Below, in pieces: positions 10,218 to 19,801 of a DNA stretch of 64,000 nt (positions within the stretch are counted from its first letter, which is position 1; the number at the start of each line of letters is the position of its first letter). The notes beneath the pieces were generated by a model, which worked only from the letters and a program-made list of their open reading frames with translations, had not been told where the DNA came from and searched no databases. The position numbers and the translations under genes were made by a program. The stretch is from Christensenellales bacterium (lineage in GTDB: Bacteria; Bacillota; Clostridia; Christensenellales; DTU072), in assembly GCA_050309775.1 (NCBI GenBank), contig JBNRMV010000012.1, positions 16,168-80,167 on the forward strand, given 5' to 3'.

Positions 10218-11258
10218 ATGAAAAACGCAAATTATTTTGAAGAAAGAGCCATACGCAACACAAAAAAAATTCGAGAGAAACTTGCTATATTGCCTTACTT
10301 TTGCAGAGAGTTTTTTGTGGGCATTGAGATGGTGACTTCACCTCTTACCCGTCTTGGTTACGCAAATGATTTGAAAATATTTTTTGATTTTTTAATTTAT
10401 AATGTGCCGGCATTCCGCAACAAAGAAATGGAAGAAATCGAGCTGGCCGACCTTGAAAAAGTCACGGTTACCGATCTTGAGATGTACATGAGCTATTTGA
10501 CGCATTATGAACTTGACGGCGTCACCTACACCAATAAAGAGTCAGGCAAAGCACGCAAAATAAGCGCTGTTCGCACTATGTTTAATTTTTTCTACCGAAA
10601 AGACAAACTTTCCGAGAATGTAGCCTCAAAAGTATCAATGCCAAAAAAGCATGAAAAGGAAATCATACGCTTAACTGGCGAAGAAGTGACAAAACTCATT
10701 GAAATGCTTGAAGAAAAGCCAACAATGAACTCTTCTCATCAATCAAATTACATAAATAACAATACAAAACAGCGTGACCTTGCCATAATTGCCTTGCTGC
10801 TTGGCACAGGAATTCGCGTCAGCGAATGCGTTGGTCTAAATATAAACGATATTGATTTTGAAACAAATGCGTTTGTCGTTACGCGCAAAGGTGGCAGCCG
10901 TTCTACGCTTTATTTTTCCGACGAAATAAAGCAAGTGCTTAAAAATTATGCCGAATACCGCAAGACCCTTGATAAAAATAACCCTGCTTTGTTCTTGTCG
11001 CTGCAAAATAATAGAATGAGCGTGCGCGCTGTCGAATATATGATAAAAAAATATGCAAAAATAATCAGTCCGCTGAAGAAGATATCCCCTCATAAGCTGC
11101 GTAGCACTTACGGTACAAATCTTTATAGAGCCACCAAAGATATATATGTTGTAGCAGAAGTCCTAGGACATAAAGATATAAACACCACAAAAAAGCATTA
11201 TGCGGCAATCAGCGAGGACATAAAGAAAGAAGCCTCAACAAAAGTAAAGTTGAAATAA
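10218..11258 (+). CDS. Xer-family tyrosine recombinase (XerS/XerC-like)
   Basis: catalytic R (GIRVSE), K (TRKGG), HxLR (HKLRST), H (VLGH), Y (KHY); SAM-like N-terminal domain; ORF track start 10182, ATG 10218 preferred. Confidence 0.9.
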   Translation: MKNANYFEERAIRNTKKIREKLAILPYFCREFFVGIEMVTSPLTRLGYANDLKIFFDFLIYNVPAFRNKEMEEIELADLEKVTVTDLEMYMSYLTHYELDGVTYTNKESGKARKISAVRTMFNFFYRKDKLSENVASKVSMPKKHEKEIIRLTGEEVTKLIEMLEEKPTMNSSHQSNYINNNTKQRDLAIIALLLGTGIRVSECVGLNINDIDFETNAFVVTRKGGSRSTLYFSDEIKQVLKNYAEYRKTLDKNNPALFLSLQNNRMSVRAVEYMIKKYAKIISPLKKISPHKLRSTYGTNLYRATKDIYVVAEVLGHKDINTTKKHYAAISEDIKKEASTKVKLK

Positions 11259-11275
11259 TTCATTTTGGAGTAAGC

Positions 11276-11908
11276 ATGAAATTGGCAATGGAGCGCAATC
11301 TGCTCAAGGTGTATGATTTTATCATAAACTTTCGCGCAAATGTCGGTTATCCCCCCTCAATAAGAGAAATAATGGCAGCGCTTAGCATAAAATCAACTTC
11401 TACCGTACACTCATACTTAAAAAAACTTGACCAAAAAGGATACATTCGCATATCAACAAAAAACAAAAGCCGCGCAATAGAATTGCCTGCAACCGTGCCT
11501 GACGGAGCATCATTGGCGTTGCCGCCGATATGCAATACGCCTGACTACACTCAAAACAAAGCCCTGAATGAGTATAAAACCCTGAATTCCTATCTGCTTA
11601 ATCAAACAAAAGACCTGATTGTCGTAAGAATGCCGGACAATGCGTTCATTGAATTGCTTATAAAAAAGAATGACTACCTAATTGTCAAAAAAACTCGAGA
11701 AACCCAAAAGAATGATTTGCAATTATTAAAAGACAGTAAGGGCTATTTATTAAAGAGAACAACAAAAAACCAGCATTATTCGACATATATTGAACCGATT
11801 GATAATATCAATGAGCCGCAATCCGGCATAATCGGTACTGTGGTATGTTTGGTGAGAGATGAATGTATAAATCCTGATTGCTCCAAAATGCTACATAATT
11901 TGGAATAA
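11276..11908 (+). CDS. LexA-like repressor with degenerate S24 peptidase domain
   Basis: LexA wHTH (GYPPSIREI...STSTVHSYLKKLDQKGYI...SRAIEL); C-terminal fold pattern retained but no AG site or GDSM serine; SD GGAG. Confidence 0.75.
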   Translation: MKLAMERNLLKVYDFIINFRANVGYPPSIREIMAALSIKSTSTVHSYLKKLDQKGYIRISTKNKSRAIELPATVPDGASLALPPICNTPDYTQNKALNEYKTLNSYLLNQTKDLIVVRMPDNAFIELLIKKNDYLIVKKTRETQKNDLQLLKDSKGYLLKRTTKNQHYSTYIEPIDNINEPQSGIIGTVVCLVRDECINPDCSKMLHNLE

Positions 11909-11944
11909 TAATTCATATATTGACATAATTTGCAATAATCTTTA

Positions 11945-11973
11945 TTGACTTTTCTATTTTATATCCTTATAAT
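11945..11973 (+). promoter_or_regulatory. sigma-A promoter
   Basis: TTGACT-17 bp-TATAAT upstream of the PadR-fusion gene. Confidence 0.7.
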
Positions 11974-12004
11974 TTAAGTATATAGATTTTTGGGAGATTT
12001 TTAT

Positions 12005-13372
12005 ATGGAACCTTCTGTAAACACAGAACTGCTACGAAGCCGTGTAGATACTTTTATTTTGAATTCCTTGAGCGAAAAGGACGGCTATGGCTATGACATT
12101 TTGAATTATATCTATACCCAAACTCAAGGTCATTACGAAATGAAACAGTCTTCAATTTATAGCGTACTAAAAAGACTGGAAAAACAAGGTTACATAAAAT
12201 CGTATTTGGGTGAAGAATCAAAAGGCGGTCAGCGCAGGTATTATTCGCTAACCGATGCCGGCAGAGAGTTTCTTGACGCAGAACAAAAACAATGGGCATA
12301 CACCCGTACTTTGCTTGATAATCTTGTTACGCAAAAAGACTTCGATTTGGAAAAAGACACTCCCCCATTCAAGGCATCAGATTTGCGCCCACTCACAAGA
12401 CGCAATCGCAATGAGGACGAGGAAACTAAGGATAAGGAAGAAAAATCCGAACAGAGCAAAGAAAAAGATACTCAGACGGCATTAGACGAGAAAACAGAAC
12501 AGAGCAAAGAGCGCCAGACTCAAACGGTATTGGCAGCAACAGTTCTGTCAAACGCTCAATCAGAGCCGCGCGTTTCACAAGCGCAAACAAGCCCACAAAC
12601 AGAGCAATCCGCATCTTCGGCGCAATATACCGACCTACAGAAACAAGCAAGGCAGTGGTTGTTTTCACCAACGGCATTGCCGAACATGAATGAGAATGAG
12701 CGCGCGGAAAAAACCATACCTTCTTTCGCGGATGAGAATTCCGAAAAGGACGACAGAGCGGCATACCGTACACTCTTTAACGAGCTATATGATAAAAAAG
12801 TCGACGAAACAAAACCTGCTCCGGAGACGCCTATTGATGACGAGCTAAATTGCCGTCATATAAATGACCTTAAGAATGTACTAAAAAACGAAGGTTATAC
12901 GCTAAAAAATTATAAGAAGGACGAAATGCTTTGCGATTATACCCGCAACAGACTGTATTATTCAAACAGATTGTTCCGTGATTGCGCACTTTTGACCTTT
13001 CTTTTTTATGCTTTGGCAGTGCTTATTGTTTACCGTTTCCGTGTGGAATTTGGCTATTCCCCTCTTTCTCTGCTTATAGTCGGGCTTTGCGGACTGGTTA
13101 TTCCGTTTAGCGGACTGCTAAAGTACTTTATTGAGCCCAAAAGGCGTATTAAAGCGGTATTTAATTTCCGCATAATCTTTGCATATAGCATTATGGCGTA
13201 TCTGCTGATTTTTGTACTCAATTTAATTATCAGCCTTGTAACGCCCTCGATTTCCCTTACTTTGCGTGATGCAAAGCTGTATCCGCCGGCAATAATAGCG
13301 CTGACCGTGCCTATTTCCGTGGTATTTTATCAGATATTGTTTAAGTCGGGGTTTTATAGTATAAAAGTGTAG
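12005..13372 (+). CDS. PadR-family wHTH protein with charged linker and C-terminal transmembrane domain
   Basis: DGYGYDI...SIYSVLKRLEKQGYI...RRYYSLTDAG PadR motif; ~4 hydrophobic helices at C-terminus; SD GGGAG before ATG 12005. Confidence 0.8.
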   Translation: MEPSVNTELLRSRVDTFILNSLSEKDGYGYDILNYIYTQTQGHYEMKQSSIYSVLKRLEKQGYIKSYLGEESKGGQRRYYSLTDAGREFLDAEQKQWAYTRTLLDNLVTQKDFDLEKDTPPFKASDLRPLTRRNRNEDEETKDKEEKSEQSKEKDTQTALDEKTEQSKERQTQTVLAATVLSNAQSEPRVSQAQTSPQTEQSASSAQYTDLQKQARQWLFSPTALPNMNENERAEKTIPSFADENSEKDDRAAYRTLFNELYDKKVDETKPAPETPIDDELNCRHINDLKNVLKNEGYTLKNYKKDEMLCDYTRNRLYYSNRLFRDCALLTFLFYALAVLIVYRFRVEFGYSPLSLLIVGLCGLVIPFSGLLKYFIEPKRRIKAVFNFRIIFAYSIMAYLLIFVLNLIISLVTPSISLTLRDAKLYPPAIIALTVPISVVFYQILFKSGFYSIKV

Positions 13373-13436
13373 AAAAAGTAAGATGTCATATTTCTGACAT
13401 TCCGTGCTGTTTAATATTTAATCCAATATCAAAAAA

Positions 13437-14579
13437 CTAAAACCGTATTGGTCTGATTTTCTTTTTCATCAGCGTTGAAATATCCTTGTCTAAAGCTCGG
13501 GTATCTATGGCAAGCTCCGTAACCTCGGGAGGAATGTCAGATGCCGCCAGCACCTCTTGCTCTATGACTTCGGGCAAAATTTCTTCAATGATTTCCGCAA
13601 GTGGTTCCGTCTCTTGTTCTTCTGGCGGCTGTTCGACAACTCTTTTTTTACGCTTGCTAAGGAATTCTTCGGCAACGATTAGGTCAATATCTTTTATAAG
13701 CGGTCTGCCGAGCAGTTTTCCTATGCCTTTCAGCATATAAAATTCCAGTTTTGCCGCATACTTCCACATAACAACCATAGAGCCGATAAACACTATTGCT
13801 ATGCCTGCCCAAATCAGCAAGCCGACTCCGGAAAATGGAACTTTTGCTATATTATCGACAAAAAATACCGTTATTGCAACATTCAATGGACGAGATATAA
13901 GTTGAACAATGATAAATGACACATAGCCCATTGTAGTAAGTCCGGCAAATAGGCACAACACATCATCGGGAAAGGCCGGAAAAATAAACATATATATAAG
14001 CATTGCCTTGTCTTTGCCCTTAATGAATTTGTAGTATTTGTTGAGCGCTTCCTCACCGACAATCCACTTGACAAGTCTGACGCCAAATGTCTTGCCCAAG
14101 AAAAACGCAAATAATGAGCCGATAATCAGCCCGATTGTGCTTAAAAACAATGCCTCAAACGGTGAATATATGGCTGCGCCTGCCGCCGTGACAATGGTCG
14201 AGGGAATGGGAATAAAGGTTACTTGCAAAAACTGAATGAGTATGAACACAAGTTTGCCCAACGCGCCAAAATCATTTATTATATTGACAATATCCTCTGC
14301 CGAACTAACTTCGTTCATAATGCCGGATTTAACTATAAGAGTAACAACCGTGAGTATCAGCAGGCTGAAATATACAAGTATGATAGAAATCTTGTATAAC
14401 ATTTCTTTGGAATAAATGACGCTGATAAAAAACAAAAGTCCTACAATCGGCACCAATGCCGCCAACCCCATTCTAACGGCAAAACCAAAAGTATTGAACG
14501 AAAAACCGACAACAATAGCCAGCATTATTGCGCCTATTGCTCCCAGTAGTATTCTTTTGTTTCTTTTTGTCATTTTCAT
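13437..14579 (-). CDS. TVP38/TMEM64 (VTT/DedA-like) membrane protein
   Basis: FLQVTFIPIP and FPAFPDDVLCLFAG motifs; start overlaps rnhA stop (ATGA). Confidence 0.8.
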   Translation of the reverse strand: MKMTKRNKRILLGAIGAIMLAIVVGFSFNTFGFAVRMGLAALVPIVGLLFFISVIYSKEMLYKISIILVYFSLLILTVVTLIVKSGIMNEVSSAEDIVNIINDFGALGKLVFILIQFLQVTFIPIPSTIVTAAGAAIYSPFEALFLSTIGLIIGSLFAFFLGKTFGVRLVKWIVGEEALNKYYKFIKGKDKAMLIYMFIFPAFPDDVLCLFAGLTTMGYVSFIIVQLISRPLNVAITVFFVDNIAKVPFSGVGLLIWAGIAIVFIGSMVVMWKYAAKLEFYMLKGIGKLLGRPLIKDIDLIVAEEFLSKRKKRVVEQPPEEQETEPLAEIIEEILPEVIEQEVLAASDIPPEVTELAIDTRALDKDISTLMKKKIRPIRF

Positions 14580-15013
14580 TGTTGCTTTTTTATTTCTTCT
14601 TTTGCCAAGACATCGCAACGATTGTTGTATTCGTCATCGCTATGCCCTTTTACTTTGACAAAACTTACTTTATGCTTGTCAACTTCCATTAAAAGCGCTT
14701 TCCATAAGTCAATATTCTTGACTTGGCCACCGCCTTTTGTGCGCCAGTTTTTTGCCTGCCAGTTGTTTATCCAACCCTTAAGAAAGGGGTCAAGCGAATA
14801 TGCGCTGTCGCTGTATACTGTGACATCACACCTTTCTTTGAGTTGTTTTAGTCCGTTTATTATAGCAAACAACTCCATGCGGTTGTTTGTCGTTTCGGGG
14901 AAGCCCCCTGATATTACTTTTTCTACGCCTTTGTATATTAAAATTGCCGCCCAGCCGCCCTTGCCCGGATTGCCGCTGCAAGCGCCGTCAGTATAAAGGT
15001 CAACATGCTTCAT
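14576..15013 (-). CDS. rnhA: ribonuclease HI
   Basis: YTDGACSGNPG, TTNNRMEL, SDSAY, VKGHS..N..CD. Confidence 0.96.
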   Translation of the reverse strand: MKHVDLYTDGACSGNPGKGGWAAILIYKGVEKVISGGFPETTNNRMELFAIINGLKQLKERCDVTVYSDSAYSLDPFLKGWINNWQAKNWRTKGGGQVKNIDLWKALLMEVDKHKVSFVKVKGHSDDEYNNRCDVLAKEEIKKQQ

Positions 15014-15810
15014 AATTTCTCGCTAAGCTCCTTTGAGCGCAGTCTGCATGCTTTTATTCCCTCTGCAATAATGTCTTCAAGTCCTTTTTGCCTGAATATC
15101 GTCACAGCCTCTATAGTTGTGCCGCCCTTGCTGCAAACCTTGTCCACAAGCTTGTCCATGCTCTCATCTGAAACCTTTGCAAGTTCGGCAGCGCCTACCA
15201 TAGTGGATACAGCCATAGTCTTTGCTTCGTCATAGCTTAAACCGCCCTCAACTCCGCCCTTTATCATGCCGTTCAAAAACATATAGACATAAGCAGGACC
15301 GCTGCCGCTGACGCTGGTGACCGCATCGAACATTTCTTCTTCAATCTCCAGAGTGTCGCCGCAAGACGAAAATATGTCGTGTATAAATTGCTTATCTGCA
15401 TGCAAAACATTTTGGAAGCGCATGGCGCAAAAACCTTTGCCTACCAAACAAGGAGTGTTGGGCATAACCCGTACAAGTCCGCATGCTGAATTTATTTTTT
15501 TATGTATGGTGTCCAGTTTTACGCCTGCCATTATGGAAATAACTGTCGAAACTTTTGAAAAATCGCTTTGTTCAAGTATAGGAGCATAATGTTGCGGCTT
15601 TACCGCCAGTAAAACAATTGCGCAGCTATCCAAAAGATTCTGCACATCCGTTGCAGTAGCCATGCCCTTACTTCTCATCGACGAAAGACGAGCGCTGTCT
15701 ATGTCAAAAGCCATAACTTCTGAAGGGCGCAACACGCCATCGGATATGGCTCTGTCTATGATAGCGTTGCCCATGACGCCAACGCCTATAATACCTAGTC
15801 TGTATTTCAT
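15010..15810 (-). CDS. proC: pyrroline-5-carboxylate reductase
   Basis: GVGVMG, LAVKPQ, RVMPNTP, SGSGPAY, VCSKGGTT. Confidence 0.95.
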   Translation of the reverse strand: MKYRLGIIGVGVMGNAIIDRAISDGVLRPSEVMAFDIDSARLSSMRSKGMATATDVQNLLDSCAIVLLAVKPQHYAPILEQSDFSKVSTVISIMAGVKLDTIHKKINSACGLVRVMPNTPCLVGKGFCAMRFQNVLHADKQFIHDIFSSCGDTLEIEEEMFDAVTSVSGSGPAYVYMFLNGMIKGGVEGGLSYDEAKTMAVSTMVGAAELAKVSDESMDKLVDKVCSKGGTTIEAVTIFRQKGLEDIIAEGIKACRLRSKELSEKL

Positions 15811-15827
15811 TTATTCTCCTTTTTTAA

Positions 15828-15856
15828 TTGACTAAAAGCCTATGATGCTATATAAT
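15828..15856 (+). promoter_or_regulatory. sigma-A promoter of tRNA-Trp
   Basis: TTGACT-17 bp-TATAAT ending 10 nt before the tRNA. Confidence 0.75.
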
Positions 15857-15866
15857 ACTTATGCTT

Positions 15867-15941
15867 AGGAGAGTGGCTCAACGGTAGAGCAGCGGTCTCC
15901 AAAACCGCCGGTTGCGTGTTCGAATCGCGTCTCTCCTGCCA
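15867..15941 (+). tRNA. tRNA-Trp(CCA)
   Basis: acceptor AGGAGAG/CTCTCCT, anticodon arm GCGGT-CTCCAAA-ACCGC, TTCGAAT T-loop, encoded CCA end. Confidence 0.97.
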
Positions 15942-15976
15942 AAAACCTTTTGCCCGCAAAGCAGAAGGTTTTTTTT
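15942..15976. terminator. intrinsic terminator between convergent tRNA-Trp and purB
   Basis: AAAACCTTTTGC...GCAGAAGGTTTT hairpin with T/A tracts. Confidence 0.8.
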
Positions 15977-16028
15977 GTTGTCCGAAAGTGTTTTCAGGAC
16001 ACGCTCCGCACTGTATGAGCAAAGTATA

Positions 16029-17459
16029 TTATACAGTAATATCGCCTTTTAAGTCAATATACTTAGCAAAGCGTTTAAGTATCGGAGCAATCTCTTTAAT
16101 TAACTCATCGACTTGTTCAGGCGCCCTGCCGATAAAGTTTTTCGGGCTTAATATGCTGTCAATCTTGCTATGAATGGCGGCAAATCTGTCATCATTTTTT
16201 ATGCGGGATATAAGGTCGTTGCGCTTGCCTTCCAGTTTGACTTTCTTTGCGGCTTCCATAGAATGTTCTCTTATTGCTTCGTGCAACTGTTGTCTGTCAC
16301 CGCCAGACTTTACGCATTGCATAAGAATGACTTCCGTTGACATAAACGGCAATTCTTCGGCAATGTGTTTTTCAATAACCTTTTTGTATACCACAATGCC
16401 GTCAATTACGTTCAATAGCAATTCCAAAACGGCATCTGTTGCCAAAAATGCTTCGCCCATAACTATTCGTCTGTTCGCCGAGTCGTCAAGCGTCCTTTCC
16501 AACCATTGCGTTGAGGCAGTCATTGCGGCATTCGTGGGCAATGAGATAATATATCTTGACAGCGCCGATATTCTTTCGCTGCGCATGGGGTTGCGTTTAT
16601 AAGCCATTGCTGACGAGCCGATTTGACTTTTTTCAAAAGGCTCCTCTAACTCTTTCATATTCTGTAAGATACGCATGTCGTTGCTGAACTTGTAAGCGCT
16701 TTGCGCAAGCTGGCTCAGCGTGGATACTATACAGTAATCCAGCTTTCTGGTATAGGTCTGTCCCGATACGGTAAAAGCCGATTTGAAGCCCATTTTTTCC
16801 ACAACGCGCCTTTCCAGTTCCTTAACTTTCTTGCTGTCGCCTTCAAACAGCTCCAGAAAACTTGCTTGAGTGCCGGTTGTTCCTTTTGTTCCACGCAGTT
16901 TCAAGTCTTTTATAAGCCCGTCCACAGTTTGAAAATCCATATAAAAATCCTGCAACCAAAGCGCCGCTCTTTTGCCGACGGTAACAAGCTGCGCCGGCTG
17001 AAGGTGTGTAAATCCAAGCGTCGGCAGCCTTTTATATTTTTTTGCAAAGTCAGCAAGTCTGCTCATTACTGCGGCAAGTTTTATGCGAATGAGTTCCAAC
17101 GCTCTTTTATAAATTATGATATCGGCATTGTCCGTTACATAGCAACTTGTTGCGCCAAGGTGAATAATCGGCGCCGCCGTCGGGCATTGCAACCCGTATG
17201 CATATACATGCGCCATAACATCGTGTCTTACTTCTCTTTCTCGTTTGTCGGCGGCATCAAAATTTATCGGTGATATATTTGCTTTGAGTTCGTCTACTTG
17301 CTGTTTTGTTATGCCAAGCCCCATTTCCATTTGGCTTTCGGCAAGTGCAGTCCATAGCTCTCTGAAAAGTATTATGCGGTTTTCTTCTGAAAATATCGTC
17401 TGCATCTGTTTTGAGGCATAGCGGGTTGTTAAAGGGTTGACATAAGTCGTTCTGTTCAT
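16029..17459 (-). CDS. purB: adenylosuccinate lyase
   Basis: RHDVMAH, HLGATS, GSSAMAYKRNP; SD GGAGG before ATG 17459. Confidence 0.95.
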   Translation of the reverse strand: MNRTTYVNPLTTRYASKQMQTIFSEENRIILFRELWTALAESQMEMGLGITKQQVDELKANISPINFDAADKREREVRHDVMAHVYAYGLQCPTAAPIIHLGATSCYVTDNADIIIYKRALELIRIKLAAVMSRLADFAKKYKRLPTLGFTHLQPAQLVTVGKRAALWLQDFYMDFQTVDGLIKDLKLRGTKGTTGTQASFLELFEGDSKKVKELERRVVEKMGFKSAFTVSGQTYTRKLDYCIVSTLSQLAQSAYKFSNDMRILQNMKELEEPFEKSQIGSSAMAYKRNPMRSERISALSRYIISLPTNAAMTASTQWLERTLDDSANRRIVMGEAFLATDAVLELLLNVIDGIVVYKKVIEKHIAEELPFMSTEVILMQCVKSGGDRQQLHEAIREHSMEAAKKVKLEGKRNDLISRIKNDDRFAAIHSKIDSILSPKNFIGRAPEQVDELIKEIAPILKRFAKYIDLKGDITV

Positions 17460-17480
17460 AATTCCTCCGATATAAAGCCT

Positions 17481-17504
17481 GAAAGCCACCTTGCGGTGGC
17501 TTTC
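17481..17504 (-). terminator. stable hairpin / partial terminator after ispH-rpsA
   Basis: GAAAGCCACC-GCAA-GGTGGCTTTC, 10-bp stem with GNRA loop; weak U-tract. Confidence 0.6.
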
Positions 17505-17521
17505 GTTTGATTGGGTATTGA

Positions 17522-19801
17522 TTATTCGTCGTTCTTCTTGAATAAGTCCGCCAGCGTAACCACACTTGAAGATGAGATATATTCTCTGGGCTCGTCCGCG
17601 TCCTCTGTCCGTCTTCTTCTTTCCCTTTTTTCGGGTCTTTCCTGCCCTTCCATTCTCTTGTTGAATTGCGCAATTCTGGAGGGTCTGTCTTCGTCGGAAC
17701 CGCCCTCAACTTCGGTATCTGTGATGGGCGCTTCTTCCTCGGGCAGCAACTCTTTTATGCTGAGTGTTATTCTGTCGTTATCGATAGCCATTACCTTGAC
17801 TTCAACTTCGTCGCCTTCTTTCAGCGCCTCGTCGGCATTCTTTATCCAGCCATGATTTATTTGGCTGATATGCACAAGACCGTCTATGCCGGGTTCAAGT
17901 TCTACGAAAGCGCCAAACTTCACAAGGCGTACCACCTTTCCTTTTGTTACGGTGCCGACCGGGTACTTTGTCATGGCTATTTCTTCAGGTTTTGGTTGCA
18001 ACTGCTTGTAGCCAAGTGAAATCTTGCCGTTTTCACGGTCTACGCTCAATACTTGGAAATCATATACGGTGTTGAGATTCAGGACTTCGTCGGGTGAATT
18101 TATTTTCTTTCTGCTCCAGCTGAGTTCGGAATTGTGTACCAATGCGTCCATATACTTCAAGCTGACAAAAGCTCCGAACGATGCAAATCTCTTTACTTTG
18201 CCGGAAACAACGCTTCCTTCGGGAATGCTGTTCCAAAATTCTTCTTCTCTCTGCGCTCTTTCTTCCTCAAGAACTATACGCTGTGAAGCAACGATTCTCT
18301 TGGGGTTGCGCGGACGCTTTGTTTCGTCGTCGCTTGTCTCGGGCTCATCTTTGGGGGGCAATGCTTTCAAGCGCAAAGGCTTGTTGAGATATTCTGAAAG
18401 ATTTTGGACAAAGCCGATGCGTATCTGTGAAGCCGGAACAAACACGGTGTATGTGCCTATTTTGCCCAACAGTCCGCCTTTTACTTCCTGCGTGCATGCA
18501 AGTGTGAACTCGTCGCCTGCAAGAATGCCTTTTACTTTTTCGTCATCTATTTTCAAAGCGTCATAAGCCTTCTTGGAAAGATTTATGGATTTATTGCTTT
18601 TGTCGCTGCCTTTGGGGATTATTACAACTTCGACTTCCATGCCCGGCTTGTAATTTTCGGGGGAATAGCTGCCGTCAATCTCCGCCTCATCCTTGTCTAT
18701 GAAACCGGTATCATTCTTGCCGGCGTTGTCAAGAGCTACCAAAATACCTGTGCTGTCGGCTGACACAACGCTTCCTTTCAAACGCATGCCCTCTCTGTAC
18801 TGGCGAGGAGCATATTTTTTCATGGCGTCGTCCATAGTCAGCTTTTTTTCTTCTTTCTTAGGGGTCTTCTTTGGTGCTTCAACCGGCTTTTCTGCAGCGG
18901 TTTCTGTTTGTTGTTCAGCCGCGGTATCTTGGCTTAGTTTGACATCTTCGATGATGACGGTGTCATTGTTTGTTTCGATCATTGTTCTTATAACCTCCGT
19001 AATCAACTCCGTCGGAGTTGACGCGCCGGACATCAGTCCCAGCTTTGAAATATTTTTTATCTGCGCCGATTTTGCGTCGGATACATTTGAAATTAGATAA
19101 ACAAAAGGGCAACGCTGTTTAGCAATCTGTACAAGTCTGTTTGTGTTAGAGCTGGATTTGTCACCCACAACAACCAAAGCATCTGACATGGTAGATAATA
19201 AAATTGCTTCTTTTTGTCTTTCTAAAGTAGTATAGCAAATACTATCATAGAAAACAACTATTTTAGCTAATTTTGTTGCAAGTATTTGTATATTTTTCTT
19301 TATTTCTTTATATTTATTGATATCAAAGGTCGTTTGGCAAACAATAGAAAACTTGTCCGCAAGGGAAAAATCCATATCTTTTTCGGCGGAAATAATCTGC
19401 GCATTGTCGCACCAACCGGCAATGCCTTTTACTTCGGTATGCTCTGCGTCGCCAATAATGACGATGCCGTATCCCTGTGCGCAATGCCGCTCCACCCTCT
19501 CATGAATTTTTTTAACAAAAGGACAAGTGGCGTCAACGATTTTTACGCCATTTTGTTGCAATTTTTCTATTGTTTTTTTTGGCGCGCCGTGAGATGAAAT
19601 AATCAGCGTATCTTTTTCGTCCAGAGCCGATATGTCATAAATGGCAAAAACGCCTGCCGCCTCCAGCGTTTTAATTACGGTCTCATTATGAATGAGTTTT
19701 CCCAAAGTATAAATGATTTTGTCTTTTCGTTCGCCAAGCGCAATGTCAATGGCATTCTGTACGCCGCCACAAAAACCCGTGGTGCCGCGATAAATCAGCA
19801 T
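17522..19801 (-). CDS. ispH: bifunctional IspH (HMBPP reductase) / 30S ribosomal protein S1
   Basis: IspH Fe-S cysteines (GFCGGV, DATCPFV, SICYTT) fused to S1 repeats (FGAFV...DGLVHISQI). Confidence 0.92.
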   Translation of the reverse strand: MLIYRGTTGFCGGVQNAIDIALGERKDKIIYTLGKLIHNETVIKTLEAAGVFAIYDISALDEKDTLIISSHGAPKKTIEKLQQNGVKIVDATCPFVKKIHERVERHCAQGYGIVIIGDAEHTEVKGIAGWCDNAQIISAEKDMDFSLADKFSIVCQTTFDINKYKEIKKNIQILATKLAKIVVFYDSICYTTLERQKEAILLSTMSDALVVVGDKSSSNTNRLVQIAKQRCPFVYLISNVSDAKSAQIKNISKLGLMSGASTPTELITEVIRTMIETNNDTVIIEDVKLSQDTAAEQQTETAAEKPVEAPKKTPKKEEKKLTMDDAMKKYAPRQYREGMRLKGSVVSADSTGILVALDNAGKNDTGFIDKDEAEIDGSYSPENYKPGMEVEVVIIPKGSDKSNKSINLSKKAYDALKIDDEKVKGILAGDEFTLACTQEVKGGLLGKIGTYTVFVPASQIRIGFVQNLSEYLNKPLRLKALPPKDEPETSDDETKRPRNPKRIVASQRIVLEEERAQREEEFWNSIPEGSVVSGKVKRFASFGAFVSLKYMDALVHNSELSWSRKKINSPDEVLNLNTVYDFQVLSVDRENGKISLGYKQLQPKPEEIAMTKYPVGTVTKGKVVRLVKFGAFVELEPGIDGLVHISQINHGWIKNADEALKEGDEVEVKVMAIDNDRITLSIKELLPEEEAPITDTEVEGGSDEDRPSRIAQFNKRMEGQERPEKRERRRRTEDADEPREYISSSSVVTLADLFKKNDE

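Noticed and set aside
10218-11258. Phage or ICE integrase marking a mobile element
   Set aside because: No phage, conjugation or cargo genes or att repeats, and it lies in a core miaA-ynbB-xer-lexA neighbourhood.
15867-15941. tRNA-Trp as an integration site
   Set aside because: It is flanked directly by core genes and a terminator, and no duplicated 3' end was seen.
17522-19801. IspH-S1 fusion as a novelty
   Set aside because: This fusion is well known in Clostridia.
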